Below are positions 1 to 10,999 of a stretch of DNA of 64,000 bases, in pieces. Location of the stretch: NCBI GenBank assembly GCA_051530055.1, contig CM121342.1:7262691-7326690 (forward strand), in the 5' to 3' direction. The notes beneath the pieces were generated by a model that did no database searches, had not been told where the DNA came from, and saw nothing but the letters and a program-made list of their open reading frames with translations. Made by a program: the position numbers and the translations under genes. Source of the DNA: Neoechinorhynchus agilis. Taxonomy: Eukaryota; Animalia; Acanthocephala. The number at the start of each line of letters is the position of its first letter. The first letter of the stretch is position 1.

Positions 1-865
1 TGAGAGTTCTACAAACTTGAGACAATCGGTGAGCGATTTATGAGCACATTTCGTCGATTACACGATTGCTTTTGTTAAAAAAAGGTCGATCCGATGGTTC
101 ATCCAACTCCACAGTCACCGGTCTATCATCATCATCAACAACAACAAGCCGCCAATGGTGGATTTATCATTCCAAACGACGAAAAACTTAAAGACCTTCT
201 CATCAATTATAATTTGATCTTTAAAGCGAAGTATTTGAAGGAGTTACCTGGTGGTGTGATCGATGGAATCAAGACATCAACTCTAACAGATTTACTTCAC
301 TTTTACAACCGAGAGGATAAAACAGATTTATTTCTAATTGCCGGGCTTCCCGATGGATGCCATGGTGCAATCAAGCAGCTGCACCAAATCTACGGCAGAT
401 CAGGAATTGTATATACCACAAAGCAATACTTTGAACTGCTCAAAAGCAAAAAACAAACACAAAGGCCCGTTTCCATTTCCGTAGTTCCATCGTATTTCGA
501 TCGATGCTGTTCGTCGCAGTTAGTAATGTATTTCCAATGTCGCTTTCTACCCAATTTTTTCATTTTAATTCAGAAATCTCAGCAGCTCTGATGAACGCGA
601 TGAAGCGACCTACGTTATGGGATCCATCTACAGACCAAGGAGTGTAATAATCCCCCCATGCGATCCATTAAGCTACATAAACGAACTGCCGCCTCGACCT
701 TGTACATCATATCATTCATTTCGAAGACGACCTGCATTAGTCCATAAGGTATTGATTTTTTTTAAATAATTATTCCTTCGATAGAAAAGGCGAATGATGG
801 ACGATCATGTGGCCACCATTCGAATGCCACCTCAAGATCCACAGGATCCATTCCAAAGTCCGTAG
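1..865 (+). CDS. 3' part of an unidentified multi-exon gene (exons <1-28, 85-518, 574-748, 785-865)
   Basis: Three GT..AG introns (29-84, 519-573, 749-784) keep one continuous frame through ORF 94-591 to TAG at 863-865. The product has an HHHQQQQ tract and a weakly SAM-like helical segment; it is not identified. Confidence 0.55.
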
Positions 866-1190
866 CAAATTCCTCGGATATATTCGACACGCAATGTCCT
901 CGCCCATCGAAATCATCGCGTAGATATTCAATTTTTGAACTTCTGAGCAGGTACCGTACAGCGGCCTCAAAAGCATATCCGCCTGACTGGGACTATCTCG
1001 TTACTGTATGTCCAAATATATTCACATATGTAAGATATTCAAAGTTTCTTTAATCCGATTAGAATTTTCTATTAGGATTTCATTCAAGAAAGGATTGACA
1101 AATATTTGAATTATTGGGATTTGGAGGAGTACTAAGGATAAACTTGACTTAAAGGAAGATTACTTTGACGTCGTCTAAAAAGACTAGAAT

Positions 1191-2741
1191 GAGCTAAAAT
1201 GGAATAAATACATTTTCGGAGTGTAATGTGCTTTGTTGCCATTTGGATTTTTTTTCTGATATCAACAAATCGAAATTGAGTTAAAATCGTCTCGAGATAT
1301 TAGATTACCATTTCGAGCTTTGTACAATATTGTAACAAATTGATAATGCGCTGGGAAAATCGAAAAAGGATTTGATGTTTATACAAATCGACGAATACTA
1401 ATCTATCCGTTTTCGATAATTAACGATTATGAGCTAAAATGGAATAAATACATTTTCGGAGTGTAATGTGCTTTGTTGCCATTTGGATTTTTTTTCTGAT
1501 ATCAACAAATCGAAATTGAGTTAAAATCGTCTCGAGATATTAGATTACCATTTCGAGCTTTGTACAATATTGTAACAAATTGATAATGCGCTGGGAAAAT
1601 CGAAAAAGGATTTGATGTTTATACAAATCGACGAATACTAATCTATCCGTTTTCGATAATTAACGATTATGAGCTAAAATGGAATAAATACATTTTCGGA
1701 GTGTAATGTGCTTTGTTGCCATTTGGATTTTTTTTCTGATATCAACAAATCGAAATTGAGTTAAAATCGTCTCGAGATATTAGATTACCATTTCGAGCTT
1801 TGTACAATATTGTAACAAATTGATAATGCGCTGGGAAAATCGAAAAAGGATTTGATGTTTATACAAATCGACGAATACTAATCTATCCGTTTTCGATAAT
1901 TAACGATTATGAGCTAAAATGGAATAAATACATTTTCGGAGTGTAATGTGCTTTGTTGCCATTTGGATTTTTTTTTTGATATCAACAAATCGAAATTGAG
2001 TTAAAATCGTCTCGAGATATTAGATTACCATTTCGAGCTTTGTACAATATTGTAACAAATTGATAATGCGCTGGGAAAATCGAAAAAGGATTTGATGTTT
2101 ATACAAATCGACGAATACTAATCTATCCGTTTTCGATAATTAACGATTATGAGCTAAAATGGAATAAATACATTTTCGGAGTGTAATGTGCTTTGTTGCC
2201 ATTTGGATTTTTTTTCTGATATCAACAAATCGAAATTGAGTTAAAATCGTCTCGAGATATTAGATTACCATTTCGAGCTTTGTACAATATTGTAACAAAT
2301 TGATAATGCGCTGGGAAAATCGAAAAAGGATTTGATGTTTATACAAATCGACGAATACTAATCTATCCGTTTTCGATAATTAACGATTATGAGCTAAAAT
2401 GGAATAAATACATTTTCGGAGTGTAATGTGCTTTGTTGCCATTTGGATTTTTTTCTGATATCAACAAATCGAAATTGAGTTAAAATCGTCTCGAGATATT
2501 AGATTACCATTTCGAGCTTTGTACAATATTGTAACAAATTGATAATGCGCTGGGAAAATCGAAAAAGGATTTGATGTTTATACAAATCGACGAATACTAA
2601 TCTATCCGTTTTCGATAATTAACGATTATGAGCTAAAATGGAATAAATACATTTTCAGAGTGTAATGTGCTTTGTTGCCATTTGGATTTTTTTTCTGATA
2701 TCAACAAATCGAAATTGAGTTAAAATCGTCTCGAGATATTG
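1191..2741. repeat. Tandem repeat, 240-bp unit, ~6.5 near-identical copies
   Basis: GAGCTAAAATGGAATAAATAC recurs at 1191, 1431, 1671, 1911, 2151, 2391 and ~2630. Confidence 0.97.
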
Positions 2742-2835
2742 TTCCATAAGTCAACATTTAGAGTTCGATCGCTCAAATAACTAACATTCAGTTATAACTT
2801 AAAGAAAATCGTTTTTTTAAATCAGTGCAACATGT

Positions 2836-3948
2836 TTACGATAAGATTTCCTCGTTCCAGTGCGGATCGTTAAGATTGTGTTCGTCCATATATTGATCAG
2901 AAATGAATTTGGTCATGTAATTCCGCACTGAATCGGGCAAAATGACTACACATCGGTCACCCTCTCCAAGATTGAATTTCTTGCAGGATTTAATAGCCGC
3001 AAATACATTCGCACCGCTGCTTCCACCACAAAGAAGACCTTCATATCGAATAAGTTCACGTGCCATATTAAAAGAACAAACATCATTCGTCTTAACCCAA
3101 TAATGAACTACAGTGCGATCGAGGCTCGCTGGAATGAAATCGTAGCCGATTCCTTCCACCAAATATGATTGTACTCCGTTATTTAAATCCGGAGGTTCCG
3201 CTAAGATGGATCCTACTGGATCAACACCAATTATCCTACATTCAGGGCACTCTTCAGATATTCTTCGACCTAAACCAGATATAGTACCGCCGGTACCCGC
3301 TGCAGCGACCAGCATACTCAATCGATAGTCACAGTCCTCCAGAATTTCTACAGCAGTTGAATCATAATGAGCGATTGGATTATATGGATTTCTGTATTGA
3401 TCGGGAATCCATGAATTTTCTATCCTTCGCTGTTCATTTTGTGAGACACATATATGCGATTCAGGATCGTTAAATGCTGCCTCCGTGGGCGTCCGTATGA
3501 TCTCAGCTCCTAAAGCTTTCAACACATATTCCTTTTCTTTGCTCATCTTCTGAGGCATAACAATCACACATCGATATCCTTTGACAGCACTTACAAGTGC
3601 AAGACCAATTCCAGTGTTTCCTGACGTTGGTTCAATCACTGTACCACCCTCCTTTAGGCTTCCATCGCGCTCTCCTTCTTCTATCATCCGAACTCCAATG
3701 CGATCTTTAACACTTCCACCAGGGTTCAAAAATTCGCACTTGGCAATAAGTTCACATTTTAATCCGTATCGTTTGGCAAGACGATCCAGTCGTACAAGCG
3801 GAGTTCGTCCAATCACATCGACAATGGAACGATAAATTTTTGATCGACCAAGAACTTGCTCTTTTCGTTTATGTCGATAAGGACACTTCCCATATGAAGA
3901 AACAAAATTTGATCGATCGTCAGGCCATACAAAGCCGTTGAGTTCCAT
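2836..3948 (-). CDS. CBS: Cystathionine beta-synthase-like PLP enzyme, copy 1 (catalytic core only, no C-terminal Bateman module)
   Basis: Motifs [24 protein letters not shown] (PLP lysine), [46 protein letters not shown] and [12 protein letters not shown]. Intronless; first ATG at 3948. Confidence 0.9.
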   Translation of the reverse strand: MELNGFVWPDDRSNFVSSYGKCPYRHKRKEQVLGRSKIYRSIVDVIGRTPLVRLDRLAKRYGLKCELIAKCEFLNPGGSVKDRIGVRMIEEGERDGSLKEGGTVIEPTSGNTGIGLALVSAVKGYRCVIVMPQKMSKEKEYVLKALGAEIIRTPTEAAFNDPESHICVSQNEQRRIENSWIPDQYRNPYNPIAHYDSTAVEILEDCDYRLSMLVAAAGTGGTISGLGRRISEECPECRIIGVDPVGSILAEPPDLNNGVQSYLVEGIGYDFIPASLDRTVVHYWVKTNDVCSFNMARELIRYEGLLCGGSSGANVFAAIKSCKKFNLGEGDRCVVILPDSVRNYMTKFISDQYMDEHNLNDPHWNEEILS

Positions 3949-4548
3949 CAGACTATCTAGAGAATATCCCAAAAGTTCGATAAGAAAGTGTTAGTGGTGT
4001 AGAACGGTTGCATTCAACCATTTATAGAGCCCCAAATTCCGAACACAGCACGAAGCATTATGCGCAGAACCGCAGAGATTTACGATGAAGTATCAACTGA
4101 CTAAAATGTCAATGAATGCCACCGTGTCCGCTTTGACGTTTTTTCTTAGATAAGATGTGTAAATCACGCCTAACAATGAATCAGCAGTCACTAGTGTCAA
4201 AGGTTAGCAACGTTTAAAGATTATAAACATTTTTTTGTCAAAAGTTTAGGATAGAGCTTAAATTGTGGCTATGAGTAGTTTATCCTAACGTTGCATTAAA
4301 AGATTTTCACTACAACTCACAAAAATTCAATTTTTTATATTGCCAAATATAACAATTATATCTTATCTTCTTTTATACACGATGTCAAATGTTCAGTGCT
4401 TACAATATCTTTATGGAATGAATTGAAAAGATCAATTCAAATCCCAAGTAATAATTTTTATGCAGATAAAAGTATTTCCCATGTAAAATTTTATTCAAAT
4501 AGTTCAAGTTGCGATATGTGAGGAGGAGGAGGTACCAGGCTATATGAT

Positions 4549-4725
4549 TAGAATTATTGTTTATAAGTCTTATCAACTGGTAAATAATTTTTTTGATCAA
4601 AGACGTTCCGAACCTCGTCGGATTCATCTATTAACAAACTGAGATGATGAACCCGACGATGTTCAAAACGTTTTTATTCGAAAAAATTATATACCAGTTG
4701 ATAAGATTTTTAAACAATAATTCTA
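4549..4725. mobile_element. MITE-like foldback (~80-bp imperfect arms, TA at both ends)
   Basis: 4549-4628 is the reverse complement of 4646-4725 with scattered mismatches and a 17-nt spacer. The TA termini fit a Tc1/mariner-type target duplication. Confidence 0.7.
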
Positions 4726-4787
4726 TAAAGCAATTTACCTGTTTGGATGCTTTTTTGTTTTTTGTTTGTTTTTTTGGTTTGTTTGTT

Positions 4788-5030
4788 TTTTCTTTTTCGT
4801 CTTTTTGATTTAGATTTAATTTATACACAGAAAAAGCTTTCGATCCAACATTAAAGTTTTACTATTTAGCAAAAATTATTTAAAAGTTTTTTGTTTTGTT
4901 GTGTTTTTTTTTGTTTTTTTGGTGTTGTTTTTCTTTTTCGTCTTTTTGATTTAGATTTAACTTTATACACAGAAAAAGCTTTCGATCCAACATTAAAGTT
5001 TTACATATTTAGCAAAAATTATTTAAAAAT
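4788..5030. repeat. Local ~100-bp direct duplication in T-rich DNA
   Basis: TTTTTCGTCTTTTTGATTTAGATTTAA...GCTTTCGATCCAACATTAAAGTTTT...TTTAGCAAAAATTATTTAAAA occurs at ~4790 and ~4930. Confidence 0.8.
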
Positions 5031-6092
5031 AATATACAAAAGTTTTTAGCACTCTCATGCGAAAAAGGACTATTGCGTTTCTAAATGAATGCATGCGGCT
5101 GAAATATCCAATAGCAGTAAAAAGATTAATTAAATGCATCTAAAAATGGCCCAATCGTATTTGCACATGAATAAAACATAGTAGAAAGCGTTTAAAAACG
5201 ATTCGGTTGACGAAGGTACATGTCGAAGTTTTTAAAATGCGTAAACCTAGATTTAAGTCATGGTGACGAGAGTAGAATTTGAAGAAAAAATGTCTAAGAA
5301 GAACGATGTAACATTTCGTTGCTAAAATGTCTAATGCACGTTTTCTCTGTATCCCGTTAATTTAGACTCGAATTTAAGGCAGTATATTAACATTCAGTTT
5401 TGGTTAGATTTTAAGCATTCGTTTTTTTAAATAAGAACCGCAGAATTTAGTTTCTTCGCTTCAAAATACAAAATAATCATCATCATTTGAATGAAAATAA
5501 AATTGATAGTACTGAAGCATGAAATGAAAATTGCATTTGTAGCTTCAATGGCCAAAAACGTCGAATTGATGATAAAATAACGGCTGGTTTACGTGTTATT
5601 CGTGAAGTTTAACTATGAGTAAACCGATAGCAATGGATTTTTGTCATTTTTTGGGATGGCTGGTTAGAATCTAATAAGGAAACTAGAATAATATTTAAAA
5701 GTAAAGCGATTGAAATTCATTATTCCCGCTATAGGCAAAAACAAACTTCGAATCTCGAAACATAAAATGAATTATGTCCGAAAAGCCAGGGTATAATAGC
5801 AGAAATTCGAATAAGATGTTTAAACACTTCATGAAGATAAAAATAACCGGCGTATTTTAAAAGAAATTTTCAAGCAATATTATACAATTATATTTAGAAT
5901 GCGTGAACCGACATTTTTATGTGAAGATAATATTCCAGCGCTCGAATTTACGAAGATCAACAAAACTTTTGATTGGTTCAGCATTTACACAACAATCGTG
6001 CAGAAAACAGAGTAGAAAATCAATGGGGTTTTTAAAGAGTTCGAGGCAAAATTCAACAATCTTTCAAAGATCCTCATCGTGTCGCATTGAAT

Positions 6093-7166
6093 CTATGACA
6101 AGATTTCCTCGTTCCAGTGCGGATCGTTAAGATTGTGTTCGTCCATATATTGATCAGAAATGAATTTGGTCATGTAATTCCGCACTGAATCGGGCAAAAT
6201 GACTACACATCGGTCACCCTCTCCAAGATTGAATTTCTTGCAGGATTTAATAGCCGCAAATACATTCGCACCGCTGCTTCCACCACAAAGAAGACCTTCA
6301 TATCGAATAAGTTCACGTGCCATATTAAAAGAACAAACATCATTCGTCTTAACCCAATAATGAACTGATTTAAGATCTAAGACTGGCGGATAAAAGTCAG
6401 ATCCAATTCCTTCAACCAGATAAGAATGACCATGCCCATTTTCGACTGTTTCATCTTGGCCAGCCAAAATGGAACCTTCTGGATCTACACCAATGATCTT
6501 GCACGTTGGACAAACCTCACGAAGTCGGTGAGCAATGCCGGTGATGGTGCCACCAGTACCTGCACCTGCAACAAGAATGTTCAACTTATTCTCGCAGTCG
6601 TTCAATATCTCCTCAGCCGTTGTCTCGTAATGTGTCTTTGAATTAAAATCGTTTCCGTATTGATCAGGCATCCATGAGTTCTTTGTCTTTGCATTTTCAC
6701 TAATAGCAACTGACATATACGAATCAGGATCATCGTGGGCTGCCTCCGTGGGCGTCCGTATGATCTCAGCTCCTAAAGCTTTCAACACATATTCCTTTTC
6801 TTTGCTCATCTTCTCAGGCATAACAATCACACATCGATATCCTTTAATCGCACTTACGATCGCAAGACCAATTCCAGTGTTTCCTGACGTTGGTTCAATC
6901 ACTGTACCACCCTCCTTTAGGCTTCCATCGCGCTCTCCTTCTTCTATCATCCGAACTCCAATGCGATCTTTAACACTTCCACCAGGGTTCAAAAATTCGC
7001 ACTTGGCAATAAGTTCACATTTTAATCCGTATCGTTCGGCAAGACGATCCAGTCGTACAAGCGGAGTTCGTCCAATCACATCGACAATGGAGCCGTAAAT
7101 TCTGTTCTCTAAATGGATCTGAAATTCATTTCTCGTTTTTTCAATTGAATTCTCTTCATGTTCCAT
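6093..7166 (-). CDS. CBS: Cystathionine beta-synthase-like PLP enzyme, copy 2 (short N-terminus, divergent middle)
   Basis: Same core motifs as copy 1, but [13 protein letters not shown] replaces [13 protein letters not shown]. First ATG at 7166; TAG stop at the same position as the TAA of copy 1. Confidence 0.88.
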   Translation of the reverse strand: MEHEENSIEKTRNEFQIHLENRIYGSIVDVIGRTPLVRLDRLAERYGLKCELIAKCEFLNPGGSVKDRIGVRMIEEGERDGSLKEGGTVIEPTSGNTGIGLAIVSAIKGYRCVIVMPEKMSKEKEYVLKALGAEIIRTPTEAAHDDPDSYMSVAISENAKTKNSWMPDQYGNDFNSKTHYETTAEEILNDCENKLNILVAGAGTGGTITGIAHRLREVCPTCKIIGVDPEGSILAGQDETVENGHGHSYLVEGIGSDFYPPVLDLKSVHYWVKTNDVCSFNMARELIRYEGLLCGGSSGANVFAAIKSCKKFNLGEGDRCVVILPDSVRNYMTKFISDQYMDEHNLNDPHWNEEILS

Positions 7167-7269
7167 TTGAAGCAAGAATATTCTCGGATGAACGGCAGAT
7201 ACAAACCTATAGCATCCTATTGTCTCTTTAAATATAGATGCTCTTAGGCGGGCGGGTCGCGGTTAGCTG

Positions 7270-8345
7270 CCAGTTTGCATGGGGATTATGCAGAAAATGC
7301 GATTTACCTTATCGCACTTCGTCGACGACATCGAAAATGTCTTCAATCATGTGACTTTCTAGAAATAAATGTGCTTGGATGACATTTTGACATTGTGATT
7401 TTGACTGTTTCTGACAAAGGTGATCCATAAAATCGCAAAAATTCTAGGCGAATGCAGATATTGCCGTAAAATTACAATTTTGCGTGCTTTGTCCAGGAAG
7501 TCGGGATATTTGTTCGTCAGGGCACACAGCGATGCTCCGAAAAATAGCTCAATTGCTTTCGGAATCAAGTCTCACCGTGCAAATTTGTCGACTAAGCGAA
7601 CCAATTCATCTTCATGCGACTGAGCAGCGTCACGTACTGAAAAGGAAGTTATATCCTTAGGCTATTGGGACCGCAACCCATCTATCCCGTGAGCTGATCC
7701 GTTAGCGAAAGATGAGATTGCCATCTTCACTTTTGATTTCGATGATAAAACATAAGGGATCGTCGTCCGCCGTCACTCAGATGTTTGGAACGAAGAGTTC
7801 GTAAGGTTTCTTCGTTATCTTTGGCGAGACTGTCCATTGAAAATAAAAGACGAACTACTCCTCGGACATCTCCGTCTGTGAGCTTCGAAGAAACGCGTTC
7901 ACCAAGCGACGAATTTGAGTTTCGGCGATGGTAACGCTCTTGGACACACTCCTTACGTAGCTCACATGCTGCCCAAAGACATTGAGTAAACTTTTTGTCA
8001 AAAGAACTTATTCACTCCTTTATTTTTGTAGTTAGAGATCCTTCAGAAACATCACCAGCGGAAAACCCAAGTCTAGGGAACGCAAAGAGACACATCCACG
8101 ACAACTCTGAGTTAGTCTCGATGCAGTCTATTAATAGAGAGGTGAATATCTTTGCGGCCTGATATCGCTCGCCCCTTGGGATTCTTTTCAGAACGTTCCT
8201 GGGCAGAACTCGCGCACAATATTCCCTGCAAATGGAATTTCATTTTGTACTGGTGATGTCGTGAAAGGATTCTGGCGCACACCATCAATTGACTTGAGGG
8301 ATGAACCAGGAGCGCCACAGCGTGAATTGCGGGGTCCATGGACCC
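7270..8345 (-). mobile_element. Degenerate CRE-type non-LTR fragment (N-terminal region to RT start)
   Basis: Broken frames give HGPRNSRC, VLKRIPRG, LFAFPRL, SSKLTDGDVRGVVRLL, TLRSKH, AISSFANGSAHGIDGLR and FFGASLCAL, colinear with the element at 60800-61999. Confidence 0.75.
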
Positions 8346-9513
8346 TAAGAACTTGGCCTAAATTAGTGCTGATTTGTAAGACTGGTCTTGAACAGAGAAA
8401 TTAATTTAATATTGAGATATTTAAAATTCAAAGAGATTACAATATCGCTGCTACCTATGGAATGCAAGGAAATTGTTTCAAAAATTAATATTCAATATGT
8501 AAAAGTTTTGAATGTTTAGAAACGTTTTGGAATTAAAGGCGACGTTGCTGAATTTCACAAATTCTCAAGAATTAAAAAAAAGAGAATAAAAATATTAAAT
8601 CGATTGCGACTGGAATTTCACAATACAATGACGCATTAGGAGAAAATTAATTTGAATAAAATTTAAACAAATTAACCGAACCAACAATCTTCAATGTTTT
8701 GATTAAAGATGAAACCAAATTTTTAACTTCGATTAAAATAAGACCTTCGTGAATTAATATATGTTTCTCAAAAATATAATTTTACGTGATTCGATAATGA
8801 TGGCGAAAATTTACATTGATTAAGAAACTAAATGTTTACTCTTATCAAAGCAGGTAATGAGGAAATTTAAAAAGGTAATGGAATTATTAGACTGATGTTT
8901 TTAAATCAACATTTAGCTATAAGAAATTTAATCCAAAGAAAATAGCAGCTTTCACCGTTGCATACAAAAATGATCCTGTTTTACTCAAAAAAAACGTTCC
9001 ATTTTTGCCATAATCGAAGTGGCACGATTATCTTCCGCTTTTAATACATCGATTGGTTCATTGGGACTGAATGGTTACATGTCACCGATTTTAATGGTTG
9101 CTCGTTAAAATGAGCCCAGTCGTCGGATTAAAGCAATCAGTCTGCGCAATTGAGCACTTAAACTTGCTCTTGGCGAAAAGCGCACGAACGCACAGAATTT
9201 TCCCAAAAATCTAAAACGAAATCGGAGCATATGACGAATCTCTAGTATTTAATTCCAATTTTAGTCTTGGTCCTTACAGTGTCTTATCGTCTTTTAATCG
9301 CTGAGATATCATCCCCAATTATCCACAAAACGAACAAAGTTACCTTCTTCAACTTCACTGTCTAATTTTGTGCGCCTCCTTTAAATGTCTTATAATGCCA
9401 TGGATGAAGATTTCTCCGTTCGACAACTTTAACCATCTTAGATCAATCTATTTGACACCAATAAAAGTAGCCCTTTAATATCAGTACTTGATGTTGCTTT
9501 TCTTGTATACTGT

Positions 9514-10988
9514 TCAAGAGCTTCGCTTTAGAATTTTTCTTAACCTATTTGAGTTAAGGTCATCTTCTTTGTTAAATTTTAGCGCTCCAAATTCATCGAT
9601 TGATCTTCCACAATCTTCTTCATCGATAGTTTCAGCGCATCGTTTCCGCGTGTTCTTGGATGCCTGTGATTTATTGCCGTCTTTCTCGACATCTATCAGG
9701 TTTCCCAAATGATCGATTGAACGGCCCCACCCATCGTTATCATCTTCATTGGCAGTTAAAGCGCTTTGCTGCCGACCGTCAATCGATCCATGTGATTGTT
9801 CGCCGTCTTTCTCGGTATCAATCAGCTCTCCAAACTGATCGATTGGACGGCCCCACCCATCTCTATCGTCTTCATTGGCAATTGAAGCGCTATGCTGCCG
9901 ACCGTCCATCGATCCCAGTAATTGTTCGCCGTCTTTCTCGGTGTCAATCAGCTCTCCAAACTGGTCGATTGAACGGCCCCACCCATCTCTATCGTCTTCA
10001 TTGGCAATTGAAGCGCTATGCTGCCGACCGTCAATCGATCCCTGTGATTGTTCGCCGTCTTTCTCGGTGTCAATCAGCTCTCCAAACTGATCGATGGAAC
10101 GGCCCCACCCATCTCTATCGTCTTCATTGGCAGTTGAAGCGCTATGCTGCCGACCGTCAATCGATCCTTGGGATTGTTCGCTGTCTTCCTCGAGATCCTT
10201 TAGTTTTCTAACTTCATCGATAGAATTTCCACAATCATCTTTGGCATCTTTATCATCCATTGGCGAGCTTCGTTTTCTAATTTTCCTTGGGTTATGGTCG
10301 TCTTCTTGATCAAATTTTAGCGCTCCAAGTTCTTCGAGTGAACTTAACCAATCCCCTTCACTCTCTTCATTAATATTTCCTGCCGTTCGTTTACGGAATT
10401 CCTTTACTCTCAGCGATTTATGTTCTTCAACTGTTGCTGTGTTTTGTTTTGTGATTCCTTTTATCCTCTGGTCTCTTCGACAATATTAACATCTTTTTGG
10501 ATGTTTCCGTATTTCCATTCGTTTTTGTTTCTAAATTCAACTATTCTCTGCGCATTATTTAAGATTTGGTCTTCGTTTGTAACAATTAGTTGTTTCATTT
10601 CAGCTGCTAATATTGACCATTCGCATTGATCGCTTCTAAAACACCTTTTGCGTTTTTTCTCCGAATCGATTTCAGTTTCATTATCTGACTTCCTTTTTCT
10701 TGATTCTCTGGCCACGTCTCCAGGATCTTCAAATTCCTCGTCGATTTCCATTTCTTCATTCATTGATTCTCCATTATCCTTGTCATTTTCATTAACTTCG
10801 AAACTCATCATTGATTGTATCGCCGGAAACCGTTCTACAAATTTTACCATTTCATTTGAAAGTTCCTGCGCGAAATTTGCTAACAATCTTTTCCCTGTTG
10901 TTGATATTTGGGAACAATAACATTTTTTTTGTATTCCAAAAGCTACGGCGACTCGACTAATCGGGTAATTGGGAGAATCAATTATCAA
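9514..10988 (-). pseudogene. PLE-linked acidic GWG-repeat cargo ORF, copy A (internally deleted, one frameshift)
   Basis: ORFs 10461-10988 and 9514-10260 match the 519-aa ORF at 38634-40193 closely. A net 13-nt deletion near 10470 shifts the frame, and the hydrophobic N-terminal segment is deleted. Confidence 0.8.
9690..10190 (-). repeat. Coding tandem repeat, 126 bp / 42 aa, four DGWGR units
   Basis: Unit DDRDGWGRSIDQFGELIDTEKDGEQSQGSIDGRQHSASIANE, with an internal 21-aa G-x-S-I-D periodicity. Confidence 0.95.
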
Positions 10989-10999
10989 TCAATTTGGGT

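Noticed and set aside
9660-10309. Plus-strand ORFs over the cargo repeat, and other antisense ORFs over OGT, CBS, AGO and the retroelements
   Set aside because: Shadow frames of identified minus- or plus-strand coding and repeat sequence.
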